Positions 11,981 to 24,859 of a stretch of DNA of 64,000 bases are shown here, one piece after another. The notes under the pieces were generated by a model that saw only the letters and a list, made by a program, of their open reading frames with translations, was not told the origin of the DNA and searched no databases. Each line of letters begins with the position of its first letter. The first letter of the stretch is position 1. A program made the position numbers and the translations under genes. This DNA is from Mustelus asterias (lineage: Eukaryota): assembly GCF_964213995.1 (NCBI RefSeq), contig NC_135813.1:60946001-61010000 (forward strand), read 5' to 3'.

Positions 11981-12439
11981 TGCAAGAACCTTGGGTACTC
12001 TTCGTTGATACCATTAGTAAACTTCAATTGAGCAAATTTGAACTTAAAGGATAGACTTTATCAATTTTAGTTGCTCTACTTGAAATTATAAGAACAATGC
12101 CCAGCTCGTTTGTTTGTTTGATGCCATTGGGTTTACCTTGAAAATGTGCTGACTCTGCAGCCATTTCCTTTTCTTTCTGACATTGCACAGCAATACAAAT
12201 ATTGTTTCATTGTCTCAGTCGATGCTATTTTTTTGCTTTAATTATTATCGAATTGTTGATCGGTTTTAAACGTCCAAATCGCGAGGTTCTATTCTTTGTA
12301 ACCTTTTTTAAAGTTACAGAAAACCGTCAAACACTTGGTAGAAATTAGGATTTTATAAAATGGGTTCGCAATCACCTGGTAATGATATCACGTATCAAAA
12401 GCTGACGTGGATAAATTAGGTTTCTATATTGATTGAAGG

Positions 12440-12570
12440 TGGGGAAATTTTCCGATCCCGCTCGCCACGGGAACGGTCGCGGGCGGGAGGGACAACGCAA
12501 ATAACCATTAAAGGTTCATTGCCTCCTGGCGTGAATTTCCGGTCCCTAAGTGGGCGGGACCGGTAAATCA
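12440..12570. mobile_element. Short GC-rich MITE-like repeat (related copies near 20769-20895 and 40061-40186)
   Basis: Shared internal TTGACCTC..GCG.GAATTTCCGGT-like motif and imperfect inverted ends. Confidence 0.4.
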
Positions 12571-12894
12571 GTCTACATTGATTATTGGCCCTGGTTCTAC
12601 GTGGGCTCGGTGAGAAACTATATTAACGCCAATTAACGTTGCATTTGGCGCGTTGTAAAATATAAATCTTAATCATAAATCCAATTGAATGAGAATGTCA
12701 GCTGAAATGAAGCAATACTCATAGGACGTTTCCGCATAAAAATCCATCCGCTTTGGGCCTTTTGATAGATATTTCCAAATTGTGCTGATCCTCTGCTCTT
12801 TACCTTGGCATTGCAATGTTTTCCCATTCAAGTGTTGAATGGTTGCCCGAAATTTCATGCTCGGTGGTTACAATTCCCAATTCTTCGTCAGAAC

Positions 12895-13211
12895 AGATCA
12901 TACAATCCCTACAGTGCAGAAGGAGGCCATTCGGCCCACCGAGCCGGCATCGACAACGATCCCACCCTATCCCTGTAACCCCATGTATTTACCCTGCTAA
13001 TCCCCCTGAAACTAGTGGACAATTTAGCAATGCCAATCCACCTAACCCGCACATCTTTAGACTGTGGAAGGAAACCAGAGCACCCGGAGGAAACCCATGC
13101 AGACGCGGGAAGAACGTGCAAACTCCAGACAGACAGTCAACCAAGCCGGGAATCGAACCTGGGTCCCTGGCGCTGTGAGCAGTGCTAACAACTGTGCCAC
13201 CGTGCCGCCCC
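12895..13211 (-). mobile_element. Full-length HE1-type SINE
   Basis: Reverse complement of tRNA-like head (A/B boxes) through GGGCCGAATGGCCTCCTTCTGCACTGTAGGGATT tail. Confidence 0.9.
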
Positions 13212-13989
13212 TCAACAGAGGCATACGAATACGAACAGTGCAAGTATTATTTTCTTGCACATGAAGCTATATGAAGCAAAGGGATTGCGAAACAAAGAAT
13301 TCTGCGTGCTAACTTGGAGAACATGACTTGAGGAGAATGCATTATGAGCAGATGGTTTGGGAAATATCAATGTTATTTGGGGAAACTAGTTCAGGGATAG
13401 CAGAAAGCGCATGAATGATCGAATTGAAACCATTTTTAAAAAGGACTTGAATCAAATGATCTGGAACTGTCTGGTATATAGGAAGTTAGCAAAAAGGATA
13501 ACAAACAACAATTGAGAGGGAGCTTCAAGTGCAGACCGATTTCAACCCAGTTCAAATACGTCCAGTTCAGTGATCGGGTGAAAGATGACGATTTTAAACT
13601 TTGGTTCTGTTTGTCTCTCCAAAGATGCTGCTCGCCTTGCTGCTTGCTTTTGGATTTTATTTCAGTTCAGCAGTCCTTGTTTGCAAATCTGGACAATTCT
13701 GAATGATTACTGTCACAGTTTAGTCTTAGCTCTGAAAACAGTCATGGGTTCTATCGGTTGTACACCGCCAATCAGTATTCTATTTTTGTTTTTGTAAACG
13801 AAAAGTATTTGCTTGTCTTCTGACTGCACTCTCAATATCAATGAACATCTGCCAACGTATCAATTACACATATATATTAGAATCGGTCAACTATTTTTGA
13901 AAGGAGCGTTTTGGTAAGCTATAGCAAGTCCTAAACAGTGGATATTTAACCAGCGATTCCGAAGCTGACCACCCATGAGAAGATGGGAT

Positions 13990-14255
13990 TTTAAATAATT
14001 AATTTCAGGGACGTGAGTGTCTCTGGCTGGACCAGCATTATTGCCCATCGCTAGTTGTCCTTCAGAACTGACTTCTTGAACCGCTGCAGTCCCCGAGGTG
14101 CAGTACACCCACGATGCTATCAGGGAGGGAATTCCAGGATTTTAAACCAATGACAGTGAAAGAACGGCACAAATTCTCAAATCAGCATGGTGATGTTCCC
14201 ATCTATTTGCTGCTCTTGTCTTTCTAGATTGTATTGGCTGTGGGTGTGGAAGGGT
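13990..14255 (-). mobile_element. 3' fragment of a second non-LTR family (same tail as 33640-33690)
   Basis: Reverse complement of GGGCAATAA.TGCTGG.CCAGCCAG..AC..CAC.TCCC tail. Confidence 0.55.
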
Positions 14256-14289
14256 TTAGGTGCAGGAATTGAAGGCAATTTTAAGAACA

Positions 14290-16166
14290 TGTAGAAATTT
14301 TAAGAAATGCTTGCTGAAGTATAGGTCTGAGGTATTCAATTTAGGCGACTCTGACCTATACAAGAAAGCTAGATATGATTTAAGGAGATCCACCAAAGAT
14401 GCCAAAAGACAGAACTGGACCAAGCTAGAGCCCCAGGCGAGCCTCACGGACCCCCACTGTCTATGGAAAGGTCCCTAAGACAAAACCGGCTACAAGATGA
14501 AGGCATGCAAAATCGCCGGCACCAACGCACCCCTCCCTGATGAGCTGAATGCATTCTACGCCCGTTTTGAGCAAGAGATCAGCGAGAGCACGCCCTCCAT
14601 CCCGGAAGCCTCGGATGAACCTCTTTCTGAGGTCACCATTGCAGACGTCAGAGCAGCTTTCTCGAAAGTCAACCACAGAAAGCAACAGGCCCGGATGGGG
14701 TACTCGGCTGAGCACTCAGATCCTGCGCGGATCAGCTGGCAGGGGTATTCACAAACATATTCAACCTCTCGTTACAGCAATCTGAGGTCCATATCTACTC
14801 CAACAAGACGACTATTATCCCAGTGCCAAAGAAAAGCCAAGCAGAGTGCATTAAAGACTATCATCCGGTGGCTCTGACATCCATCATTATGAAATATTTT
14901 GAAAGGTTAGTTATGGCATGAATCAATTCCTGATTCTCAGATTGCCTAGATCCACTACAGTTCACCTACTGCCGCAACAGGCGCCATCGCCCGGGCCTTG
15001 CATTCAACCCTGGAACACCTAGATAACAAAGACGCCCATGTCAGACTCCTATTTATTGACTGCAGCGCTGCCTTCAGCACCATTGTACCTCCGAACCACA
15101 TCTCCAAACTCCGTGGCCTGGGGCTCATCTCCTCTCTCTGTGACTGGATCCTGAACTTCCTAACTCACAGACAACAATCAGTAAGGATAGGCAACAACAC
15201 TTCCTCCACGATCATTCTCAACACCAGTGCCCCACAACGCGGTGTCCTCAGCCCCCTACTATACTCCTTATACACTTACGACTGTATGGCCAAATTCCCC
15301 TCCAACTCAATTTTCAAGTTTGCTGGTGACACCACCTGAGTGGGTGGAATCTCAGACAATGACGAGACAGAGTACAGGAATGAGATAGAGAATCTGGTGA
15401 ACTGGTGCAACGGCAATAATCACTCCTTTCATGTCAACAAAATAAAGGATGTAGTCATCGACTTCAGGAAGCGTAGTGGAGAACATGCCTCTGTCTACAT
15501 CAATGGGGACGAAGCAGATATGGTCGAAAGCTTCACGTTCTTAGGTATACAGATCACCAACGACCTCTGCTGGTCTCCCCCATGCCGACACTAAAGTTAA
15601 GAAAGCCCAACAACGCTTCTACTTTCTCAGAAGTAGAAGGAAATTTGGCATGTCCGCTACGACCCTTACCAACGTTTTCTCATGCACCATAGAAAACATT
15701 TTTCTTGGTTGTATCACAGCTTGGTATGGCTCCTGCTTTGTCCAAGACCGCAAGAAACTACAAAGATTCGTGAATGAAGCCCAGTCCATCACACAAACCA
15801 GCCTCCCATCCATTTACTCTGTCTACACTTCGTGGTGCCTCGGAAAAGCAACCAGCATAATTAAGGACCCTGCGTCCCTGGACATACTATCTTCCACCTT
15901 CCTCCGTCGGGAAAAAGATACAAAAGTCTGAAGACAGGTACCAACCAACTTAAGAACTTATTCCCTGTTGCCCTCAGACTTTTGAATGGACCTACCTCTC
16001 ATTAAGTTGATATTTCTCGACACCCTAGCTATGACTGTAACATTACATTCTGCACTCTCTCCTTTCCTTTTCTATGAATGATATGCTTTGTCAGCCTAGC
16101 ATGCAGTGTAATGTATTTCAATGTATACTATTATATAAGACAATAATAAATCAAATCAAATCAAAA
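14290..16166 (+). mobile_element. Rex1/Babar-like (L2/CR1 group) LINE, degenerate, 5'-truncated
   Basis: [55 protein letters not shown] and KFA.DTT motifs; (TCAAA)n tail. Confidence 0.8.
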
Positions 16167-16594
16167 ACGTTGATGTATTAAGGGAATTGTTCCTTTTACC
16201 TACTCTCTGTTTCCTGCTCGGTAGCAAATTTTCTGTCCAAGCCCCCACACCATGAACTCTCATTTTCCGCAATACCTTTGCTGTGACATCTTATTAAATG
16301 CTTACTGAAAATCACAATACATCAACTTGCTCCCCTTTATCCACAGCACGTTACTTCTTCAAATCACTCCAGTAAATTGGCTGAACATGATTTCCCTTTG
16401 ACAAAACTGTGTTGGCTCTATCTGATTGCCGTGATTTTTCTTAAGTGCCCTGCAATCAATCTTTAATAACCGCTGCTAACATTTTCCTGATATGTCACAT
16501 GTTCAGCTAACTGTGTTGTTCAGCTAACGTGTTGTTTCCTGCTATATGTCTCTTTTTCCTATTGCATTAAAGTGCTACATTCGCTGCTACATAC

Positions 16595-16865
16595 ACTGCA
16601 ACTAAATTACTGAGAAATTACTGAGAAATCCCCCAGTCCCACACTCCGGCACCTGTCCGGATAAACTGAGAGAGAATTTAGCACGGCTAGTGCACTTAAC
16701 CAGCACGTCTTTCGGACTGTGGGGGGAAACCGGAGCACCCGGTGGAAACCCACGCAGACAGGGGGAGAACCTGCAGACTCTGCACAGGCAGTGACCTAAA
16801 CCGGGAATCGAACTCGGATCCCTGGGGCTGTGAGGTAGCAATGCCAACCACTGTGCCACCGTGCC
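16595..16865 (-). mobile_element. tRNA-derived SINE (same family as 373-655)
   Basis: Reverse complement of head and GGAGTGTGG.ACT.GGGGATTT tail; internally deleted orthologues at about 36400-36540 and 59300-59440. Confidence 0.85.
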
Positions 16866-18226
16866 AAAGGCAAGACAAAATGAAATATAACAGCATTCGG
16901 GAAACAACTCAACTGTTCTGCAAGCATCTGTGGAGACAGAAACAGTGAAAATTGCGCCTCCAAAGGTACTAGACGAAAACAAATGCGATCAGTTTTGTTC
17001 ACCTGAAATTCACTGAAAGAATACAGGAAACAGATCCAATTATAACTTCAAGATGAAAATTGGATAGATTCATGAAACCGATGTCTGCATGAAATGTTAA
17101 TCGAGCACTGGAGTGCGATTACTTGGATAGCTCTTTCAAAGAGCACAGTGGGTCAATGGCATTTTTGTGTTGCATTCTTCTGTGAAGTGGTTGGGAACTG
17201 ACCTCAATATAAGGTTGCTCAGTCATCTTTTCAATTTGTGTTTCCCTTTGGAGGGAGCCAGATGCTTCACCATTCTATGCACACATATTTTTCTTTAGCT
17301 GGCGACATAAATTTACATAGCCAGTTGTTATGATCAGGAATGCAAGTGTTTAAGTGATGATGGAGCAGATTCAGAAGTCTCTGTTAAAAGTCAATAGAAC
17401 TTACATGTGAAGCTCACAGCAATTGAAGGATTATGGCGAAAAAATGTCTTCGATTAATTGGCCATCATTACTTCTCTTTGTATCCGTCCTAAACAATTGA
17501 CCACTAGTCCTGAGTCTAAGCCCCCGTGTTCTGGATTTCACAGCCAGGGCAACATCAGCTGGACTCTTCTGTTGCAAGGACAGGGTCTTTCGGATAGTCG
17601 GTTTATCTGCCCCGCCAACTCTCCTCCCCGCTCATGCTGTCCGCTCCGCAGCCATTGGACGTATGGTGGTGACAGAAATCGGGCAAAGGCAAGACGTGCG
17701 CATCCTTCTGCGGAGGAGTTACCACCTTAGAGGACTGACGGCCAACCGTTTGTGCAGCAACTCTGTAGGGTCGAGCGGTGGCGACAGTTCGGAGTACAAC
17801 CGGTTTCCAAAAACGAAATCTAATGTAGGCCAAATGAGGTAGGTCCTTGGAGCTTTGGTGGGCCGAGTTGCAAACCTCACCGAGGGAAGTGAGGGGAGGG
17901 GTTGTACACCATGCCCGACACCAACACTCAGCTCCGGCTGTTAGATTAGTGTCTTGACATAGTCCGGTCCCAGCCAGGGGAATAATTTCTGATCATCGCA
18001 GTAGAACAGATCTGTGAGGCGATGGTGAATTAGAGCTATGTGCTTTCAGAGTGCATAAAGACCTTGATGTGCCTTGAGATGATGCCTACAAGGGGGAGTA
18101 TGTAGATGGGAAAAAGAAGGGTGGCCAGGGACATATTGTTGAGTTGCTAGCATGGGAGCAGGAAGAGAAGCCATTGCAGGTAACTCTGTGGATATTAGTT
18201 TACAAAAAGTAGCCAGATCAGGAGAA

Positions 18227-19340
18227 TAAGAACATAAGAACTAGGAGCAGGAGTAGGCCATCTGGCCCCTCGTGCTTGCTCTGCCATTCAATAAGATCAT
18301 GGCTGATCTTTTCGTGGACTCACCTCCAGTTACCCGCCCACTCACCATAACCCTTAATTCCTTTACTGTTCAAAAATTTATCTATCCTTGCCTTAAACAC
18401 ATTCAATGAGGTAGCCTCAACTGCTTAACTGGACGGGAACTCCACAGATTCACAACCCTTCGTGTGAAGAAGTTCCTTCTTTACTCAGTCCTAGATCTGT
18501 TCCTCCTTATTTTGAGGCCATGCCCCCTAGTTCTAGTTTCACCCGCCAGTGGAAACAACTTCCCTGCTTCTATCTGATCTATTCCATTCATAATCTTATA
18601 TGTTTCTATAAGATCGCCCCTCATTCTTCGGAATTCCAATGAGTATAGCTCCAGTCTACTCTGTCTCTCCTCATAAGCCAACCCTCTCAACTCCCGAATC
18701 AACCTAGTGAATCTCCTCTGCAGCTCCCCCCCCCCCTCCCCCAGGGCCAGTATATCCTTTCTCAAGTAAGGAGACCAAAACTGTACACCATACTCCAGGT
18801 GTGGCCTCACCAGCACCTATACAGCTGCAACATAACCTCGCTGTTTTTAAACTCTATCTCTTTAGTAATGAAGGACAAAATTCCATTTGCCTTCTTAATT
18901 ACCTGCTGCACCTGCAAACCAACGTCTTGCACAAGGACACCCAGGTCCCTTTGCACAACAGCATACTGCAATTTTTTACCATTCGTTAGAAGTCCATTTT
19001 GCTGTTATTCCTACCAGAATGGATGGCCTCACATTTACCAACATTGTACTCCATCTGCCAAGCCTGGCCCATTCACTTAGACTATCTATATCCCTTTGCA
19101 AACATTCAGCGTCCTCTGCACACTTTGCTCTGTCACTCATCTTAGTGTCATCTGCGAATTTTGACACATTACACTTGGTCCCCAACTCCAAATCATCGAT
19201 GTAAATCGTAAACATTTGCGGTCCCAACACTGATCCCTGAGGCACACCACTAGTCACTGACCGCCAGCCAGAAATATATCCATTTACACCCATTCTTTGC
19301 TTTCTGTTAGTTAACCAATCCTCTATCCTCTACATTATCC
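18227..19340 (-). mobile_element. 5'-truncated CR1 LINE, specific to copy A
   Basis: GVPQGSVLGP, KFADDTK and LVRPHLEY..QFWSP motifs; (TTCTTATG) tail; absent at the orthologous sites in copies B and C. Confidence 0.92.
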
Positions 19341-20229
19341 GTTTGATGGTAATTGGTGTGAAAGTAAGAACAGTACCTGAGGAGAGATAGCAGTTAATGA
19401 TATCAACGAAAGTGGGGGCAAAAAAAGAACGTTGGATGGTCAGTAATTTAGTGGAAACCTGGTCAACATGGGTCTAATAGAGAAAATGAGTTGTGAAAGC
19501 GAATGAGGAGAAAAAGAAGGAAAAAAATCGATTCAACTATGATGCATGCGAAGTAGTGCTTCCTCAATTTACTCTTAAATAGCCACGCTCTAATAAAAGA
19601 GTGTGCCCCATTTTTCCTGGATTGTGTTATTAGTGGAAATAATTTCTCTGGACCTATCATATCACACTCGTTGATCATTTCAAATACTTCGATCAGGTGG
19701 ATAGAGTGCAAGGGAAGCCAACAATGAGTTGCCTTGTGTGATTTAGCACAAAAATGTTACTATTCCAATCTATATTCTCATTAAGGGTTTTAACTGCCTT
19801 CACTATAAGCACTCGGTTTAGCAAAGCCACACAAATTGTTGCTTCAGCCATAGCCTCATATCAATCAAGAAACAAGAGATCCTGAAACATTTTCGACCAC
19901 TTTTGTACAAAATACCAGTGTTGGAAACTCATGCCTTCTCAACTAGATGGTGCCACTGGCCGTCTGTGCAGAAGGCAGTTCCAAGCAAGGACAAAGTTCA
20001 ACATTTCTTGCTGAGCCAGTGTTCCTCCAGCTTATATTGGTATTAAGTATGCTTCCATTATGCAGCATGGTCCAAATAGTCAGAAATGCTCTTGACTCCA
20101 TCTATCCTCAGGTGCACTATTTTAAGATACTGCTTCCACAATCCTTGCTAAAATAAAAGTGCTTTTTAAAAATTACTGGATTGTAACTTTGGAAATATCT
20201 GAGTTTCTTTTAGTGTCTGAGTCAGGCAC

Positions 20230-20640
20230 TCTCATAGGAGATTCACTAGGATGTTCCCTGGGCTGTGGTTATTTTTCGTAAAGCAGAGAAAGCTGAGGTG
20301 TTATCTCATCGAGGTGCACAAAATTATGAACGATATAGATAGGAAGAAACCTTTCGCCTCAGTAGAGGGGTCAACAACCAGGGGACATGGATTTAAGGTA
20401 AGCAGCAGCAGATTTAGAGGAGATTTGAAGAAATTCTTCTTCAGCCAGAGGGTGATGGGATTCTGGAACTCCCTGTCTGCAAGGGTGGTGGAGGAAGGAA
20501 CCCTCACGGCATTTAATAATATCTTGATGAGGAACTGAAAAGTCATTGCATACAGGGCTACGGGCCAAGTGCTGGAAATTGAATCAGAATAGATAGGTTT
20601 TGGTGGTCGGCATAGACGGGAAGGGCCTCGTTGTGGGCTG
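20230..20640 (+). mobile_element. Old CR1 3' fragment (paralogue about 39520-39930)
   Basis: LIEV.KIM..IDR, TRGH.FK and FFSQRV..WNSL motifs. Confidence 0.75.
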
Positions 20641-22449
20641 GTTTCGCCCCTCCAGCTTCAAAGGGCAACACATAGCACGTTTAAGGAATCGCTCTTCAAA
20701 ATTGAACCCTTCAGCAATTGCTTCACCCTGATGAATCAGCCCGGTATCCTTTCATGATAAGAATATATCCGCGGCAATTGTACCGCCCCGTCCGCCACGG
20801 AATCAGAGGGAACGAGGGGCGGACAACGGAAATGTCCCTTGACCTCGCGCGGGAACTTCCGGTCTCGATCGAGCGAGGCAGTAAGAATGCCGCAGCACAG
20901 TGTGAGAACCTAAGTGCAGCACTCCAGATGTGATCTGATCAAGGCTGTAGACAACAGAAAGCATTATTTCATCACTTTTTAATTTCAATGCCCTTGTGAT
21001 AAAGGCAGGCATTCTGTTTGAGCTCTAATTTACCTTCTGATCATGAAGTTTTTAGTGACTTATGTACAGGAACACCCAAATCGCTTTGTTCATTCAAAAC
21101 ATCTCGCCTCTTAGCGTTAGGTAAACATTTCGAGCTGCTTGCTATCATATTTTGGTCACAGAATCACAGAATTCACTGGTCCATTCACTTAGTTTATCAA
21201 TGAAATTCTACCGAAGAGTCAGCCAGCTTTCGGTGCCTCCTTAACTTAAGCTGATCTACCAATGTGTTTATGAAGCTCTCTAACCCTCAATTTGATCGGC
21301 AAAATGATCTCGTTCCAGAAATGATCCTCAGGAACCTGTATTTGTCACATCCAGCCAATCAGAGAACAAAACCTTGATTAGTACTTTCTCTCTCCGACAC
21401 ATAACCAATTCCCGTGCTATACGTTCAATTAAATTATTTATTCGTTCTGTCGCTGGGTCTTTTTTATGTCTCCCTGTTTCGGACTCACTCACGGTGGAAA
21501 ATCTTTCTCTGCGTTCCCGTATCACACATTTTCCTAACATTAAAGCCGCCTATTACACCTCCTCATCCTCTCCTCAGAGAAAAGAGCGCAACATATTCAT
21601 TTTCCTGATAGGTACATCGTCCCAATTCCCGTAAAAATCTGGCAAGTAAGTTTCTGCACTTTCTCATGTCCTACAATATTATTTTTGAGGTATGTAGACC
21701 ATGGATGAGTACAATTCTCTAAAAGTCTAATAAACCCCCAGATGTTTTGTTTTGTTCTTCTGGAAGTGCACCAGCACCTTGTTTGCACTTTTTACCAACT
21801 GCCCAACTTCTTGCTATCTATAGCAATTTATGTCTTGCAAGCCCAAATCTAACTGAAGAAATAAAACAATAATATATCAAAGGGATGTCCTGTCGACTTT
21901 GTGATTCGTGTGAAGATGAAGTTTTTTTAAAAAACAGACTATGTTCTGAGCTGGTTTAAGTCAATGCCTCACTGAAAATGCATCTTGGCAAGTTGACTTG
22001 TTATTAAAGCGTCTGCTTCAGTATAATGATTACAGGGCCAATTAAAGCAATCGGATAGTTTATTTAAAAAATGACTTGCAGTACCAGAACCTGCATTACA
22101 TCTGGTGCATTAAAAAATGAGGCAGTGACAGAGTTTGTCCTGAATATTTGCAATCAGGTGGTTTAGAAATGTCTGCCCGTTTAATGTATTTTTGTAAATC
22201 TCGAGACGCAGTTCAGCCCTTTCATTACAATGGCAAAATGCAACTAGGTCCATTTTAAAAAAAATGTTGCCATATTACTTCATGGTGTTAATTTAATGTC
22301 ATCGATCGTCTCTTTGTTGCGCCTGGATATCATTGGCTTTAAATAAAATGTGCAGAATATCACAATGATATAGTCTCACTATTTAATTCAGTTTAGAATG
22401 TTGCCAGAGAGAGAACAACAGAACAACGGTCGACATACGGTACAATGAT

Positions 22450-22455
22450 TTTATT
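22450..22455 (-). terminator. Candidate polyadenylation signal AATAAA for cluster 2 (another at 22591-22596)
   Basis: AATAAA about 200 nt after the C stop; present in copy B near 41754. Confidence 0.5.
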
Positions 22456-22649
22456 ACACAGCGGTATCAATGACATTACACTGAAGCTTTGAACCATTCA
22501 GGGTGAACACAGTTAAATTGAAACTAAGGGAGTCAGCCGATCTGCTACAAACTTTGATGAAATGTTTGAAATGTTCCACTATTTGCGGATTTTATTTTGA
22601 AATGACATTTTACTAACGACAGAATACAAGAATGCATTAGATGCATGAA

Positions 22650-22972
22650 TCAGATACAGTTGGATCTCGAGATGCTTGTTTGAAGCGGGTTTGCTTGAGT
22701 CTCGTGTTTGACCAGACAGGAGTAAACCTCGTGTGAGTTCCACTCTGAGGCTGACAGAGTCAGATAACTGCTCACACTGAACGTGTTGTCCGCCTCCTGC
22801 TGGATCCGACTGGTCTCAACCGCATTTCCTCTGACGCTGCCATCTACAGTCCATTCAATCTCCGCAGCTCCTGGGTTAAAACCGCTCACCAAACACACCA
22901 GGGTCGCCATGTTCTTCGCTGTGATTTGATCCGATGAAGGCGGAAGGACAGACACAATGGGGCTCCGTGGAT
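22650..22972 (-). CDS. IGLC: Ig lambda-type light chain constant exon, cluster 2 (exon itself intact)
   Basis: Acceptor TTTTCCAG; PRSPIVSVLPPSSDQ..ATLVCLVSGF.P..W..FSVSSYLTL..W..HEVYSCLVKH..RSNCI-stop with both canonical Cys and penultimate Cys. Confidence 0.95.
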
Positions 22973-23122
22973 CTGGAAAATAGAGACAAATGATTGCACA
23001 TCCATTAAGAATCGGCATAAATGACTGAATCGTTGTTTCACCTTCTTCAAATTATTTTTGAAAATCGGTATTATTCTACAAGAATGTATAGATTTTATAT
23101 AGTTGGGTCTGATTGATGCCAA

Positions 23123-23290
23123 ATGCAAAAAGGCCGGGACTCTCGTTTCTGGAACACATACAACCTGAGAAGGTTTTCCTTTTTTCCCTGCACGGACAGG
23201 AACATGCAAATAAAATCTAATCTAAAGGAAATAGTGGACTTTGAAATATTAAAGTGAAAAATAAGACGGGAGGTTTATTGCATCCAGATG
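23123..23290. promoter_or_regulatory. Candidate J-C intronic enhancer, cluster 2
   Basis: ATGCAAAT 23204-23211, ATGCAAAA 23123-23130, kB-like GGGACTCTCG 23136-23145, CAGATG 23285-23290. Confidence 0.4.
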
Positions 23291-24859
23291 TAATCTGAGG
23301 CAACGCTGTCCGAGCCAACGCGACGTCGCGACCGCCGAGAATTTCAGAATAACGCCAATCACTCAGAATCTGGGTCAATATTGGAACGGATGCTGACCGC
23401 AACATTTCTATATTTTGCAACTCAAAAAACTCGATTCTAAACAATGAAATCGATTGTTTGCTTCTGTCACCATTTACACGTCTTTGACGCAAGTCCTCCA
23501 TACTGGACTGATATTTGGATTTGTGTACATTCTTTGCCACGGGTTCGCACGTTGCCCCGCCGAGCATAAATCTTAACAAATAACTCTCTGTCGCAATGGA
23601 AATATTAGGAGACATTTTTTGCGAGTGGAGTGTCACAAAAGATTTGCTACAGCAAAGAGGAAGAGCTTCTCACAAATATTGTAAACAATTCTAGCATATG
23701 ACAACATAACGTAACGAAACCCTTAAAAGGCCAGTAATAAAGCAAACATGTCCACATAATTATTTATCTCTCACACCTTGTCGCCAAAGCAGATGGACAG
23801 TGAGATCTTACTGTGCTGAGATAGGGAGCCATGATTCTGACATTTGAAGAATGATTCTACTTCACAAGCACTTAATTGTCAGGATGTTCTGAGGTCGTGG
23901 TCGGCGCCAAATCAATGCATGTTCGCATTTTCTTTCCTTTGTCATGAGTAGATATTCGCAAAGCTGAAAGGGCGTTGTATCAGAATCTTGTCTCTTTAAG
24001 TCACTTGTACCACTTAAGTTACCATCTATCACAGTCAATGGGGAAATGCTCAGTAAATACGTTGAGATATTGTAAGGTATCGAAGAAAGGGTTCAAATAT
24101 GAATATCCATTTCAAACTAAAAGGATAAGGCTGACCTTTTACAATTCGCCCTGACATTGAGGTGTTATGTCGGCTACAACAAGTGTGAGGTTTGTCGCTG
24201 TCGGTGCAAAAATCGATTGTCTTTGGAGCTATAAATTCGTCTTGTTTTTTTTGGAACGTAATTTGAATGTTGAAACTGAGTCGGCAGACAAATGCCGCCA
24301 GCCCTTATTTCAATGTTGGTATCGTCTTCCGGCGGCACCGAGAGTTTCGCTGAATAATCTCAAATGTCTGCACCGATGAGCAGGTGTGACGCTCAACTTC
24401 TATTTAAACGGAAGCGTACTTAAGTGAATTATTTTTACACCGGCATTTTCACCAGATGTGATTTCTTAAAGCAACAACTAAAATATTCAAGAGCATTTTT
24501 CTCCTTTTTGCCTCATGCTGGCTCATTTCACCGTAACATGGTCCAATAAACAAATGACTTGAAGAAGAAAATAAAAAATAAAGGAAAGGAAGATTGAGAA
24601 GGGAAGAGACCCTGACCACAATTTTCTAATCGTGTCGAGAGCGGGTTTGGCTCTCGGAGACAGGAAGACAGATGAAATTGTGAAAGGGCGAAAGGGGGGC
24701 AGCATAGTGATAGACCAGTGAGCCTAACCTCACTAAAGGGAGAACTAATGGAATAAACGCTTCAAAATCAAATACAGCGGTCACTGCTTTGCTAGCGGAA
24801 TATGTTACCCCGCGGCATGAATTGGTATTTTTGAGCGGGTTGCATGAGCGGTGAATGAC

